NCBI GenBank assembly: GCA_964580575.1
Contig: CAZOLJ010000006.1
Coordinates: 825-64,824 of the forward strand
Direction of reading: 5' to 3'
DNA from: an uncultured Desulfobacteraceae bacterium
GTDB taxonomy: Bacteria; Desulfobacterota; DSM-4660; Desulfatiglandales; HGW-15
Length of the DNA: 64,000 nt
The translations under genes and the position numbers were made by a program. The notes beneath the pieces are model-generated. The model was given only the letters and a program-made list of their open reading frames with translations, was not told the origin of the DNA and searched no databases. Shown here piece after piece: positions 18,026 through 26,955 of this stretch (positions are counted from its first letter, which is position 1; each line of letters begins with the position of its first letter).

Positions 18026-19497
18026 AAGACGATACAAAATCCAAAACAGCCTATCGCGCCCGGGTTCTGGTTGTGGACGACGAGAAACGAATCCGAGACG
18101 GCTGCAACAGCATCCTTAACGCAGCAGGGTTCGAGGTTGGGCTGGCGGAGAACGGCTACGCAGGGCTGAAAAAGATCGGGGAAGAGCACTTTGACATCAT
18201 CCTGCTGGACTTGATGATGCCGGGTTTGCGGGGGATTGATTTGCTGGAACATGTGAAGGCTCGGCACCCCGATACGCTTGTCATCGTGATCACCGGCTAC
18301 GCCACGCTGGAGCACGCTGTGGAGGCCATGAAAAAGGGCGCTTTTGACTTTATTTCAAAGCCCTTTTCCCCGGAGGATTTGCGGACGGTGATTGGACGGG
18401 CCATCGAGTACATCCGAAGCCTCGAGGATATCGCCCACGAGAAATCGCGCATGGGCACGCTGATCAACCACCTCTTAGACGGGGTCATGGCCACAGACGG
18501 CGAGAAACAGGTGGCGCTGGCGAACCCGGCGTTTCTCAAGCTCACGGGGTATCGAGGGGAGAGCCCCATCGGCTTGCCGGTCAATAAACTGATCCAAAAC
18601 GAAAAACTGCTCCAGTTGATTGATGAAGCGCTCTCCATGCCTGCTGATCAGTTTACTGAACTGACGGACGAGTTTGATCAGGGGGCTCTCGCTGAAAACA
18701 AGGAGACTGTTCTGGCGGTGCGATGCGTGCCTTTCAGGGACAGACTTCACCGGAACCTGGGGACCGTGACGGTCGTCCATGATATCACCGCTCTGAAAAA
18801 GATGGACAAAATCAAATCGGATTTCGTTTCCATGGTGGCCCACGAGATCAAAAGCCCCATGAATTCGGTCCTGGCGCTTGTCAAAGTCGTTCAAGATCGT
18901 TTGGCGGGAGAGGTCACAGAGAAGCAGCAGGAGATCCTGGGCAGGGTGTCGGAAAAAATCAAGGGTCTTTCAGATCTCGCAGCCGATCTTCTGGATCTTT
19001 CCAGAATAGAATCCGGGTTGATCACGCTCGAAAAGGAAAGACTCCAGATTGCCTCTCTGCTCAACGAGCAGGTGGCTTTTCATCAGACCCGGGCCCAGGG
19101 CAAGCGCATTCAACTGAACCTGGAGTCTCTTTCGGAACTTGCCCCCATCCTGGCGAACAAAAGGGCCATCGAGGAGGTTTTCGCGAACCTACTGACCAAC
19201 GCCATCAAGTACACGCCGGAGGACGGGACGGTAAGCGTATCCGCTTTCGCTGAAAAGGACTATGTCCACATTGCGGTGAAGGACACGGGATTCGGCATTT
19301 CTCAGGAAAACCTGGGCAGGATCTTCGAACGCTTTTATCGGGTGAAGGACGACAAGACCCGAATGATTTCAGGAACAGGGCTCGGCCTGGCCATCGTGAA
19401 AAGCATTGTGGAGGCCCACAATGGGAGAATCGAAGCGGAAAGCGAACCGGACCGCGGTTCCACCTTCCACGTCTTTCTGCCCATCATGCAAAGTTAG
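18022..19497 (+). CDS. Hybrid receiver-PAS-histidine kinase
   Basis: N-terminal 'VLVVDDE...LLDLMMP' receiver, H-box 'MVAHEIKSP', 'DTGFGI' and 'GTGLGL'. Confidence 0.85.
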   Translation: MKDDTKSKTAYRARVLVVDDEKRIRDGCNSILNAAGFEVGLAENGYAGLKKIGEEHFDIILLDLMMPGLRGIDLLEHVKARHPDTLVIVITGYATLEHAVEAMKKGAFDFISKPFSPEDLRTVIGRAIEYIRSLEDIAHEKSRMGTLINHLLDGVMATDGEKQVALANPAFLKLTGYRGESPIGLPVNKLIQNEKLLQLIDEALSMPADQFTELTDEFDQGALAENKETVLAVRCVPFRDRLHRNLGTVTVVHDITALKKMDKIKSDFVSMVAHEIKSPMNSVLALVKVVQDRLAGEVTEKQQEILGRVSEKIKGLSDLAADLLDLSRIESGLITLEKERLQIASLLNEQVAFHQTRAQGKRIQLNLESLSELAPILANKRAIEEVFANLLTNAIKYTPEDGTVSVSAFAEKDYVHIAVKDTGFGISQENLGRIFERFYRVKDDKTRMISGTGLGLAIVKSIVEAHNGRIEAESEPDRGSTFHVFLPIMQS

Positions 19498-19505
19498 AGG
19501 CCAGG

Positions 19506-20282
19506 CTATTTCCCTTTCCACTGAGGCGCCCGTTTGTTCAGAAACGCGTCCACCCCCTCTTTCGCATCCTCCGTCATGCACAGAGCGGCAAAGACCTCAT
19601 TGGTGTAAGCGAGGGCTTTCCCAAATTCCAGGTCGGCCATGCCATAAAAAGCCTCTTTGCCCATTTGAAGGGCAAGAGGGCTCTTCTCCGCCAGCCTGTT
19701 CGCGAGCGCCATAGTCTCCTCTTCGAGTTTGTCCAGAGGGACCACCCTGTTCACCAGACCCCAACGCTCCGCCTCTCTCGCGTCGATCATTTCTCCGGTC
19801 ATCACCATCTCCAGGCATCGCTTCCTGCTTAGAGAGCGGGACATGGGAACGGCCGGACCCATACAGAAGAGCCCCACATTGACGGCGGTTGCCCCGAGCT
19901 TGGTCCCTTCTGCCACAATGGCGAGGTCGCAGGCTGCAATGAGCCCTACCCCGTTAGCCACCGCATAGCCGTGGGCCGAGGCGATCACCGGTTTTTTCAC
20001 GGAGGCGATGACGTGAAGGGCCTGCTCCATCCGGCTGATCCATTCGCGGTATCCCTGAAGGGTCTTCCCATGAAACTCAGAGATATCAATACCGGTGCAA
20101 AACGCTTTGCCTGCACCCCTGATGACGAAGACACGGACGGTCTTGTCCACCTCCAGTTCAATAAGGGCCTTGCAGAGTTCATCCGCAAGAGCGGTGTTGA
20201 AGGTGTTGAACTGATTCGGGCGATTGAGGGTGATCAGCCCTACATGATCTTTCCGTTCTACGATGATGCTCTCATACGGCAT
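19506..20282 (-). CDS. Enoyl-CoA hydratase/isomerase (crotonase) family protein
   Basis: 'ITLNRP...NT', 'GAGKAFCTGIDI' and 'A..HGYA.GG/NG' oxyanion-hole motifs. ATG at 20282 after RBS GGAGGAGG. Confidence 0.85.
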   Translation of the reverse strand: MPYESIIVERKDHVGLITLNRPNQFNTFNTALADELCKALIELEVDKTVRVFVIRGAGKAFCTGIDISEFHGKTLQGYREWISRMEQALHVIASVKKPVIASAHGYAVANGVGLIAACDLAIVAEGTKLGATAVNVGLFCMGPAVPMSRSLSRKRCLEMVMTGEMIDAREAERWGLVNRVVPLDKLEEETMALANRLAEKSPLALQMGKEAFYGMADLEFGKALAYTNEVFAALCMTEDAKEGVDAFLNKRAPQWKGK

Positions 20283-20330
20283 GGTGGACCTCCTCCAAAA
20301 TGGCATTAGGAATAAAAGGGATTCCCCGTG

Positions 20331-20726
20331 TCAACTTGCTGTGATGATGAATTCAGGCGGGTGGATAATGTGTTTCTTGACGCTGCAAAGGTCCATGACC
20401 CTCGTCACTGCCTTCTTGTACCGATCTGGAAAGTCGGCGGGCACCTTTAGATCGATGTGTAGTTTCTCTATCCTCTGTTTCTTCTCGTCCCAATCATAGC
20501 TCAGGGTCAGCCCCATGCCCTCGGAAGGGATCTCGCGCGCCTGGCAGAATTCCAGAGCATAAATCCCTGCACAGGTCGCGATCGATGCGAGAAAGATCTG
20601 AAAAGGCTCGGGAGCGGTCTCCCCTCCACCATTGACTAACGACTGATCCGTATGAACAACGAAATCTCCAACTTGGGCATCTATCTTTTTCCCGCCAGGG
20701 AAAGAAACTGTGATTTCCTTCAACAT
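20331..20726 (-). CDS. OsmC/Ohr-family protein
   Basis: About 130 aa with 'PEP.Q.FLAS.A.C' and a second conserved Cys near the C-terminus. ATG at 20726 after RBS AGGAGG. Confidence 0.8.
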   Translation of the reverse strand: MLKEITVSFPGGKKIDAQVGDFVVHTDQSLVNGGGETAPEPFQIFLASIATCAGIYALEFCQAREIPSEGMGLTLSYDWDEKKQRIEKLHIDLKVPADFPDRYKKAVTRVMDLCSVKKHIIHPPEFIITAS

Positions 20727-20989
20727 AGGCCTCCTTTGAGATCCTTTCTCAAGGGGCAACTCCGTCGGGCTAAAGCAAGGTCGGCCCCAAGAATTTCGTT
20801 TTCCTGAAAACTTATATGATGGGCCTTCCCATCTGTAAATAGGGAATCAATAGAGCGTTATCGTTTTGGCCCTGTGAGGCTCCTTTCCACATCTTGTCCT
20901 CAGGGCGCAGGAGCGTGGCCTATAGACGTTTTTCTCTTCCCCTGCTATAAAAGAAATGGTCCTTAGCGACCTCAACGGGGAGCGAAACC

Positions 20990-21481
20990 ATGCGGGAAAA
21001 GAACGGGGAACATCCTTGGGGTGATATGGGGCAATTAATTTTGTTCCTTTGCTTTATGGTCGTCTGGGTTGGTGACTCCTTTTTCCTGGGGGGATCCACG
21101 TTTCTTTCCGCTTCTGTCCCGCTCAGCGCCCGACTCCTTATTATGATCCTTGCCCTGGGAACAGCTGTTTGGCTGGCCAAAACAGGCCACGTGGTCGCGA
21201 GACATGAGCATCGTCCTGCAGGGGTTCTATCTTCCGGCGCTTTCCGGTACGTGAGGCATCCTTTGTATTTGGCGAGCCTCCTATTCTATTTCGGGCTCGC
21301 GGTTTCCACTGCTTGTCTCTTTTGTTTCGGCCTGCTGTTGGTCATCTTCTTCTTTTATAATTACATTGCAAGCTACGAAGAAAAGTTACTGGGGATGAAG
21401 CACCGTGAGAATTACCTTTCTTACCAAGAAAACACGGGAAAGTGGATACCGAACCTCAAGTCGATTAAAGACAGAACATAA
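20990..21481 (+). CDS. Isoprenylcysteine carboxyl methyltransferase (ICMT)-family membrane protein
   Basis: Multi-TM protein with 'G.FRYVRHP.YL' and a C-terminal 'EE..L' motif. Confidence 0.7.
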   Translation: MREKNGEHPWGDMGQLILFLCFMVVWVGDSFFLGGSTFLSASVPLSARLLIMILALGTAVWLAKTGHVVARHEHRPAGVLSSGAFRYVRHPLYLASLLFYFGLAVSTACLFCFGLLLVIFFFYNYIASYEEKLLGMKHRENYLSYQENTGKWIPNLKSIKDRT

Positions 21482-21497
21482 GGAGGTCTGCAGCAGC

Positions 21498-21880
21498 ATG
21501 CAGAAGCTAGAAAAACTCATCGAGCGCATCATACGGCGGGTCAACATCAACCTGAGAGGCCAGGAGTTCGATGCGAGCCCTTTCCTGAAACCCTGCGTAC
21601 CCCTGAAAAAGCTGTCCGAGTTTTACGCCTTTTACGGGATCACCGGCCACCATCCCCTGCATTTCCACTTCACCGGCTCCAACCTCGCCGGCAGCTATTT
21701 TCTGGGCAAGTGCCAGGTTGACGGATCGATCACATACTGGAAGCCAACGGCGCCTATTTCGACGGCAGAAAAAACAAAGGTCACGCCCAGAAGGGCCAGA
21801 ACATCGCTTTCAACATCATCCAACCCTACTCCATAGGCACGCAAAAGGGCATCTATCCCACCATCCACATCGAACCCTGA
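21498..21880 (+). pseudogene. Possible frameshifted or truncated gene abutting a palindromic repeat
   Basis: A good N-terminus (RBS AAGGAGG, 'MQKLEKLIERI...GSYFLGKCQVDGS') degrades to implausible sequence after about 21735. A protein-like reading ('LEANGAYFDGRKNKGHAQKGQNIAFNIIQPYSIGTQKGIY..') continues in a different forward reading frame (shifted 2 nt) to TGA at 21878. Confidence 0.35.
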
Positions 21881-21887
21881 TAACCTA

Positions 21888-22040
21888 GCAGGCTGCTGAA
21901 AAACGCCCATCTGCGGCGTTACCCTCATCCCTCGTCACTGCGACGTACTGGACTGTACGTCTCATCCCTCGGGATTTCGGGTGCCTTGCATCTGGCCGTT
22001 TTTGAGCAGCCTGCGTAGCCGGTGTTTTTCAGCAACCTGC
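21888..22040. repeat. MITE/REP-like palindromic element
   Basis: 27-nt imperfect inverted arms (21888-21914 and 21988-22014, 23/27 complementary). A third arm copy at about 22021-22040. Internal palindrome GACGTAC-N6-GTACGTC. Direct repeat CTCATCCCTCG x2. Confidence 0.5.
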
Positions 22041-22224
22041 CAGTGTCGTGTCTTGGCTATCCCCTGTGGTCGAAATGAAAGATTAACTCCCAGGCGCTCT
22101 TTACGAAGCCGTGAACCTTGAACCGTGCACCGTGCTTCTTTCTTTTTATGAGCCTATGCTCAAAATATTTCTTGACAGGCGTCTTTGCTGTTTTATATTA
22201 TGAGCGTAAGCTCATAATAGGAGG

Positions 22225-22569
22225 TTGGCCGTGCCCAGGCCGAGAAAGCTGAGATGGGTTCAAGGGCGTCCGGTGGTTGCCGCCTTTGTTCCAAACCAGA
22301 TGCCTCCATGGGGAAGAGAGGAAGCGGTTCTTCCCGTGGAAGGGCTGGAGGCGATCCGGCTCGTGGATTACCAGGGCTTGGACCAGGAAGCGGCAGCCGC
22401 CATGATGAACGTGTCCCGTCAGACCTTGGGCCGGATTCTGGCCGATGCGAGGGCCGTCGTGGCCGACGCTCTCATTATGGGCAAGATCCTTCGAATCGAG
22501 GGAGGTCACTTTGAATTGCCTCCTCGAGGAAGAGGGCGACGTGGCCGCGGTTGGCGCGGCGGATTCTAG
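22225..22569 (+). CDS. DUF134-family putative DNA-binding protein
   Basis: 'PRPRK.R.V...P....F.P' N-terminus, 'E..EA.RL.D..GL.QEEAA..M.VSR.T' HTH-like core and an R/G-rich tail. Start TTG 22225 or GTG 22231 after RBS AGGAGG. Confidence 0.75.
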   Translation: MAVPRPRKLRWVQGRPVVAAFVPNQMPPWGREEAVLPVEGLEAIRLVDYQGLDQEAAAAMMNVSRQTLGRILADARAVVADALIMGKILRIEGGHFELPPRGRGRRGRGWRGGF

Positions 22570-22588
22570 AGAAAGGGAGGTGTTTCTT

Positions 22589-22978
22589 ATGCCAGGATTT
22601 GATGGAACAGGACCCATGGGTGCCGGTCCTATGACCGGAGGAGCGCGAGGATTCTGCAACCCCGGCGGTGCGGGCTATGGGCGTGGCGGTCGATTCGGCT
22701 ACGGATTTGGCTATGGTCAAGGCATGGGCCGGGGCCTAGGGGCCAGACGAGGTTTCGGTCCGGGCCGTGGTATGGGCCGCGGGTATGGAAGAGGCTTCGG
22801 AGGCCGAGCATTTTATCCTGCATGGGGTGGAGGATATGTCCCGGCTTACGGGCCTTACCCCATGAACCCGCAGGATGAGGCCGGCATGCTGAGGGATGAG
22901 GCTGAGGCCATGAAACAGGAGCTTGAGGCCATCCAGAAGCGGCTGCAGGAGCTGGAAGCCAAGCCCCAGTCTTCCTAA
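22589..22978 (+). CDS. DUF5320-family Gly/Arg-rich protein with C-terminal coiled coil
   Basis: 'MPGFDGTGPMGAGPMTGGARGFC' N-terminus, GRG repeats and 'EAEAMKQELEAIQKRLQELE'. ATG at 22589 after RBS AGGGAGG. Confidence 0.7.
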   Translation: MPGFDGTGPMGAGPMTGGARGFCNPGGAGYGRGGRFGYGFGYGQGMGRGLGARRGFGPGRGMGRGYGRGFGGRAFYPAWGGGYVPAYGPYPMNPQDEAGMLRDEAEAMKQELEAIQKRLQELEAKPQSS

Positions 22979-23148
22979 AGAAGTGGAGGCTGGAGCACGG
23001 TTTCGTATCCCCCTCCTGTCACTCCCCTCCTCGGTCCTCCGTGCCGGCAGCGGCGGGAATGCGCAGCACGGGCGCCAAAGGAGGGGAGCTATAGTTGTCG
23101 GAGAAATGGTCACGGGTGAGGAGTGGGCCGGCGCAGAGCCTTTACGCT

Positions 23149-24294
23149 TTATGAAAGAGCGGCATTCTGAGGGAAGAATACAGGAAGGACGACGGTGAAA
23201 TTTGATCCCGTCCCTAGCTCACTCTCTACCATTACCCTGCCGCCATGGGCTTCCACAATCGCTTTGACGGCTGCCAGGCCCAGACCAAATCCCTTGACTT
23301 GTTCGCCGGCTTTTCCTCGATGGAAGGCGTCGAAAATATAGGGAAGCTCATCGGCGGGAATGCCCATCCCTTGATCCTTGACCGAGACGCGTATCCCGCT
23401 TGCATCCGTCGCGGTGGAAACGGTGATGTTGTCCCCCTTTGACGAGAACTTAACGGCATTATCCAAAAGATTTGTAAAGACCCTTCGAAGCTGTCGTGGA
23501 TCTCCGTTGATGGGCGGCAAGGCGTTTTCATTTTCAAGCTTCAGGGTAAGGCCAGCGCCGGAGATCTTTGGCTGGTAGGCCTCGCACAACTCCATAAGCT
23601 CCTTGTCCAGGGAGGTGGCGCTCAAATTGAGCTTTAATTTGCCTGTCTGGAGACGGGCGAATCCCAGAAAATCCGAGATGAGCATCTCCAGCTTGCCTGA
23701 CTCATCTCTGATAATCTCGAGATACCTGTGCTCCTTCTGATCATCGACCGTATCTGCCTTGTGCAAGAGGCGGAGCACGAATCCGCCGATGATGGTGAGG
23801 GAGGACTTCATGTCGTGGGCGAAGGTGGAGATCAGGTTGTTCCTCTCCCGTTCCAGCGATTTCAAAGCAGAAATATCCTGGAACGATTCGACCCCTCCGA
23901 TGAGGTCCCCGTTTTCGTCAAACAAGGCGGCAACATTCATTCTCACGGGGATGGTCTCCCCTCGCTTGGTCCCGACTGTGGATTCCACCAGAGACAAGGG
24001 TTGCTGGCTGGTCAGGGCTGTTCTTAGGGGACAGTGGGTATCGCACATGCCCCCATGAAGGATTTCACCGCAGAAACTTCCGAGCGCCTCCTCGGCTCTA
24101 TAGCCCGTCAATCTTTCGGCCCACGGGTTAAAACCGGTGATTCTGAGATGTCTGTCAACAGTAATCACGCCGGAGGGCACGCTGTCCACAACGAACTTAT
24201 AGAAAGCAAGATCCTTGGTATGAGCCTGAGTCTTTTGTGCGCTCTTCGTTCCCATTTTATCCGATTGGGTGGGCGCCGATCTTTTCGTCTCCAT
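23149..24294 (-). CDS. PAS sensor histidine kinase
   Basis: H-box 'FAHDMKSSL', 'DQGMGI' and 'GFGLGL'. PAS with 'CGEIL..(x8)C(x3)CP'. ATG at 24294 after RBS GAGGAGGG. Confidence 0.85.
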   Translation of the reverse strand: METKRSAPTQSDKMGTKSAQKTQAHTKDLAFYKFVVDSVPSGVITVDRHLRITGFNPWAERLTGYRAEEALGSFCGEILHGGMCDTHCPLRTALTSQQPLSLVESTVGTKRGETIPVRMNVAALFDENGDLIGGVESFQDISALKSLERERNNLISTFAHDMKSSLTIIGGFVLRLLHKADTVDDQKEHRYLEIIRDESGKLEMLISDFLGFARLQTGKLKLNLSATSLDKELMELCEAYQPKISGAGLTLKLENENALPPINGDPRQLRRVFTNLLDNAVKFSSKGDNITVSTATDASGIRVSVKDQGMGIPADELPYIFDAFHRGKAGEQVKGFGLGLAAVKAIVEAHGGRVMVESELGTGSNFTVVLPVFFPQNAALS

Positions 24295-25585
24295 TGGACC
24301 CTCCTCGAAGCCTATCCCCCGGACGCTGAGTGACGGCCTGCATCGCCTCTTCAACGGCCGCTTCCAGCCGGAGTGCCGTCGTGAGGCTCGGTCGGATGCC
24401 GGCATTGGCCAGGACATAGCCGGGCCCCTTCCGCGACAGATCTTCCTTCATCACCACCTGGTCCACGTTCTGCCCGACCAGCCATTCAGCCACCCTTATG
24501 CCCTTTGCCACATCCACCGCGCGATGGGGGTTGTCCATCACCTCCCGCTTCTCTACCGCACCGTCCTGCAGGCGCACCGTCACAAAGGCAAAATAGGGAG
24601 AATCGCCGAAATGATCGCTGATCGTTCCATCCCGATCCCCCAGAGGGACGGCGATTCGTGCATGGGTCCGGGACTGAGGCTCGTAATGGATCATCACTTT
24701 TTCTACATGCGGGACCTTTCGGCGAATCTCCTCTTCCAGCATTTGGCTGATCTGGTGCGCTCTCTCAAGATCGCCCGTCCTGAAGATCATGCTTGTCTGA
24801 AGAAACCGAAAACGCCCTGCGTTTCTTCCTATGAGGGAGGTCACCTTGACCACCATGGGGTGACCCTCCAGGATCCTTTTGACCTGGTCCAGGGTCTCGA
24901 AATCCATGGAGGCATCCAGCAGTACCCGCATGCCGTCCACAAGGAGTTCCCACCCTGCCCAAGCGACGAAAATCAGGACCACCGCCGCGGCGATCTGATC
25001 AATGGAGATCCCCAAGAAGATGTAGTTCCAGTGGAAATAACCCGTCACCACAGAGGCGACCACCACGATGGAAGAGAGCACATCCACCTGCCGATGACGC
25101 GCTTCAGCCATGAGAAATGGCGATTCCGTTCGCCGGCCTATCCGCATCGCGTAGCGGCCAAAAAAATAGGTGGCCACTACTCCGGCGGATAGCAGCAAGA
25201 CGGTGTGGATCGATATGGCAGGGCTTGCTGATGCGGGACGGATCACCTGCAGGGCGATTTCATAACCGGCAAAAAAGATGAAAAATGCCATGACCACGGA
25301 AATAAAGTTTTCGATCTTGTAAAGGCCGAGCGGGAAGGAAGGTGTTTTGTGGGACGAGAGTCTAAGCCCTACATACAGGATCAATGAGGCTACGGCATCG
25401 GTTCCCGAATCAATGGCGCCGGCAGTGACCGCGAGGCTGCTGGAATAAACGGCGAGGATCCCTTTCATCGCCACAAGCCCGAGGTTTAACAAAAAGGCGT
25501 ACAGGGCGATTTTCTTAATCAGCGCCGTCTCTTGATCCACACTGTGTGGAGAGATCTGAGGGGAGCCTGTTTCGGGTTGACTCAT
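24257..25585 (-). CDS. Cation diffusion facilitator (CDF) transporter fused to a NifX/NifB-type (dinitrogenase FeMo-cofactor family) C-terminal domain
   Basis: Six-TM CDF core with the cytoplasmic CDF domain. The tail 'RIAVPLGDRDGTISDHFGDSPYFAFVTV..DG......NPH' is typical of the Nitro_FeMo-Co fold. Confidence 0.8.
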   Translation of the reverse strand: MSQPETGSPQISPHSVDQETALIKKIALYAFLLNLGLVAMKGILAVYSSSLAVTAGAIDSGTDAVASLILYVGLRLSSHKTPSFPLGLYKIENFISVVMAFFIFFAGYEIALQVIRPASASPAISIHTVLLLSAGVVATYFFGRYAMRIGRRTESPFLMAEARHRQVDVLSSIVVVASVVTGYFHWNYIFLGISIDQIAAAVVLIFVAWAGWELLVDGMRVLLDASMDFETLDQVKRILEGHPMVVKVTSLIGRNAGRFRFLQTSMIFRTGDLERAHQISQMLEEEIRRKVPHVEKVMIHYEPQSRTHARIAVPLGDRDGTISDHFGDSPYFAFVTVRLQDGAVEKREVMDNPHRAVDVAKGIRVAEWLVGQNVDQVVMKEDLSRKGPGYVLANAGIRPSLTTALRLEAAVEEAMQAVTQRPGDRLRGGSNGDEKIGAHPIG

Positions 25586-25718
25586 CGATTCGCTCCATTG
25601 TCGGCGGTAGCTGCAATGTGTTTCAGATGGCTTCTGTCGTTTCCTCGAACCCCTTTCTCTCAAACCAGCGGGAGAGTAACCATCCTCCGATGCCCGCACT
25701 TCCGAGGATTCCCAGGAA

Positions 25719-26251
25719 TCACATTTTCTTTAACATATCCTCTGCCGCTGTAACGAGGAGATTGTTTGCAGGGAAAAAGGACTGGTAAGGCTGGGCCGAA
25801 TAACTGAACCGGGTTAGATCCTCTAGCGTGAGACCGTACTGAATGGCCATGGTGATCAGATCAACCTTGTCGGTTACGGGATTGCCGCTTGCAACCTGTC
25901 CCCCGAGGATTCGCCCTTTTTGTTTGTCCCCGATCAGTTTCATTCGTACCTTTTTGGCTTCCGGCATGATCGGAAAGATCGTTGTGAGTTCCGAGTGGCC
26001 CATGATAATCTCGTATTTACCCCGGGCCGTTTTCTCTGTCAGGCCCGTGCCGCCCCGGCGTCTGTTACCAGAGCGTCTTTCTTGTGCGTCTTTTCAATAG
26101 GCAGTATCTTTTCGATCACGTAAGGCATGGCGCAGTAAATCAAGGAGTGGTCTTCCGGTCGAATCACTCCCACCTTCTCCTTGTGTCCAAGTTCTTTGGC
26201 AAGTGTGATGCCTGCGGGACCTCCCCCGATAATGAGCAAATCAAATTTCAT
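25719..26251 (-). pseudogene. Pyridine nucleotide-disulfide oxidoreductase (NADH oxidase/CoA-disulfide reductase type) with a large internal deletion
   Basis: The N-terminal 70 aa ('DLLIIGGGPAG...IYCAMPY') and the C-terminal ~105 aa ('TGLTEK...L.G.Q..G....DK.DL...AI..G.T..DL') lie in different frames, joined at about 26040-26070. Roughly 280 aa are missing. Confidence 0.6.
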
Positions 26252-26285
26252 AGATTCTACTCCTTTTGTGCCACATCGGTTGTTT

Positions 26286-26657
26286 TCAATGAATGAGTTT
26301 GTCAAGGGCATCTGAAAGCGCCGCTTCTGACTGAAGCCCCACGAAACGCAAGACCTCTTTGCCGTTTCGGAAAAGGATCAGGGTCGGAACGCCCCGGATG
26401 CCCAAGTTTATTGCCGCTTCGCGATTCTCATCGATATTCACGGCTGCGAAGGAAGCCCTTCCATCAAATTGGGCCGCCAGTCGTCGCATGATCGGCTCTT
26501 GCAGGCGACAGGGTGCGCACCAGGGGGCACCGAAGTCAATGAGAGCTACACCCTTCTGTTTCGTCCTTTCCAATTCCTCACCGGATTTTATCTCTTCTAC
26601 CTCCAAGGCGTTTCCCCTCCTTCTACGGAAATAGACGCCGGATTCCCTTTGCCCCAC
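26286..26657 (-). CDS. Thioredoxin
   Basis: 'DFGAPWCAPCR' (WCxPC) and 'GIRGVPTLILF'. The true start may be internal to the 123-aa ORF. Confidence 0.8.
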   Translation of the reverse strand: MGQRESGVYFRRRRGNALEVEEIKSGEELERTKQKGVALIDFGAPWCAPCRLQEPIMRRLAAQFDGRASFAAVNIDENREAAINLGIRGVPTLILFRNGKEVLRFVGLQSEAALSDALDKLIH

Positions 26658-26821
26658 GAAGACTTTAAAAGTTAAGGGAATTCAAATATTGTGCCACTTG
26701 CTGAATTAATGGTCTCTGACCGTCATCCATAATGTAGGAAGGATAACCGTATGAAATCGCGGCTAATAATCGATTAAGAAACAGAGCAATAGGGAAAGAC
26801 TACAGAAAAAAATCAAATACC

Positions 26822-26873
26822 TTGACAAACAGAAGTAACGTTACCTAAGTTATTTCTGTTTGTATGTAACGTT
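26822..26873 (+). promoter_or_regulatory. Candidate sigma-70 promoter overlapped by GTAACGTTAC palindrome
   Basis: TTGACA (26822-26827), 18 nt spacer, TAAGTT (26846-26851). 10-bp perfect palindrome GTAACGTTAC (26835-26844) in the spacer, and a second GTAACGTT at 26866-26873. Confidence 0.35.
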
Positions 26874-26955
26874 CCGGGAATCATCGAAATAGCTTGCCCA
26901 GCCCTGTCCGCCCAAAACTGAGCAGCATAGAATCACAAAAGGACCGATTTCCATC

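Noticed and set aside
22620-22860. GGC/CGN-rich repetitive DNA that looks like a simple-sequence repeat.
   Set aside because: It is the coding sequence of the Gly/Arg-rich DUF5320 protein (GRG/GYG repeats) in a clean reading frame with an RBS. It is not a non-coding repeat.
25719-26311. Adjacent ORF pair 25719-26003 / 26039-26311, considered as another UGA (Sec) read-through.
   Set aside because: The two parts are in different frames and correspond to the extreme N- and C-termini of a ~450-aa flavoprotein. This is an internal deletion, not recoding.
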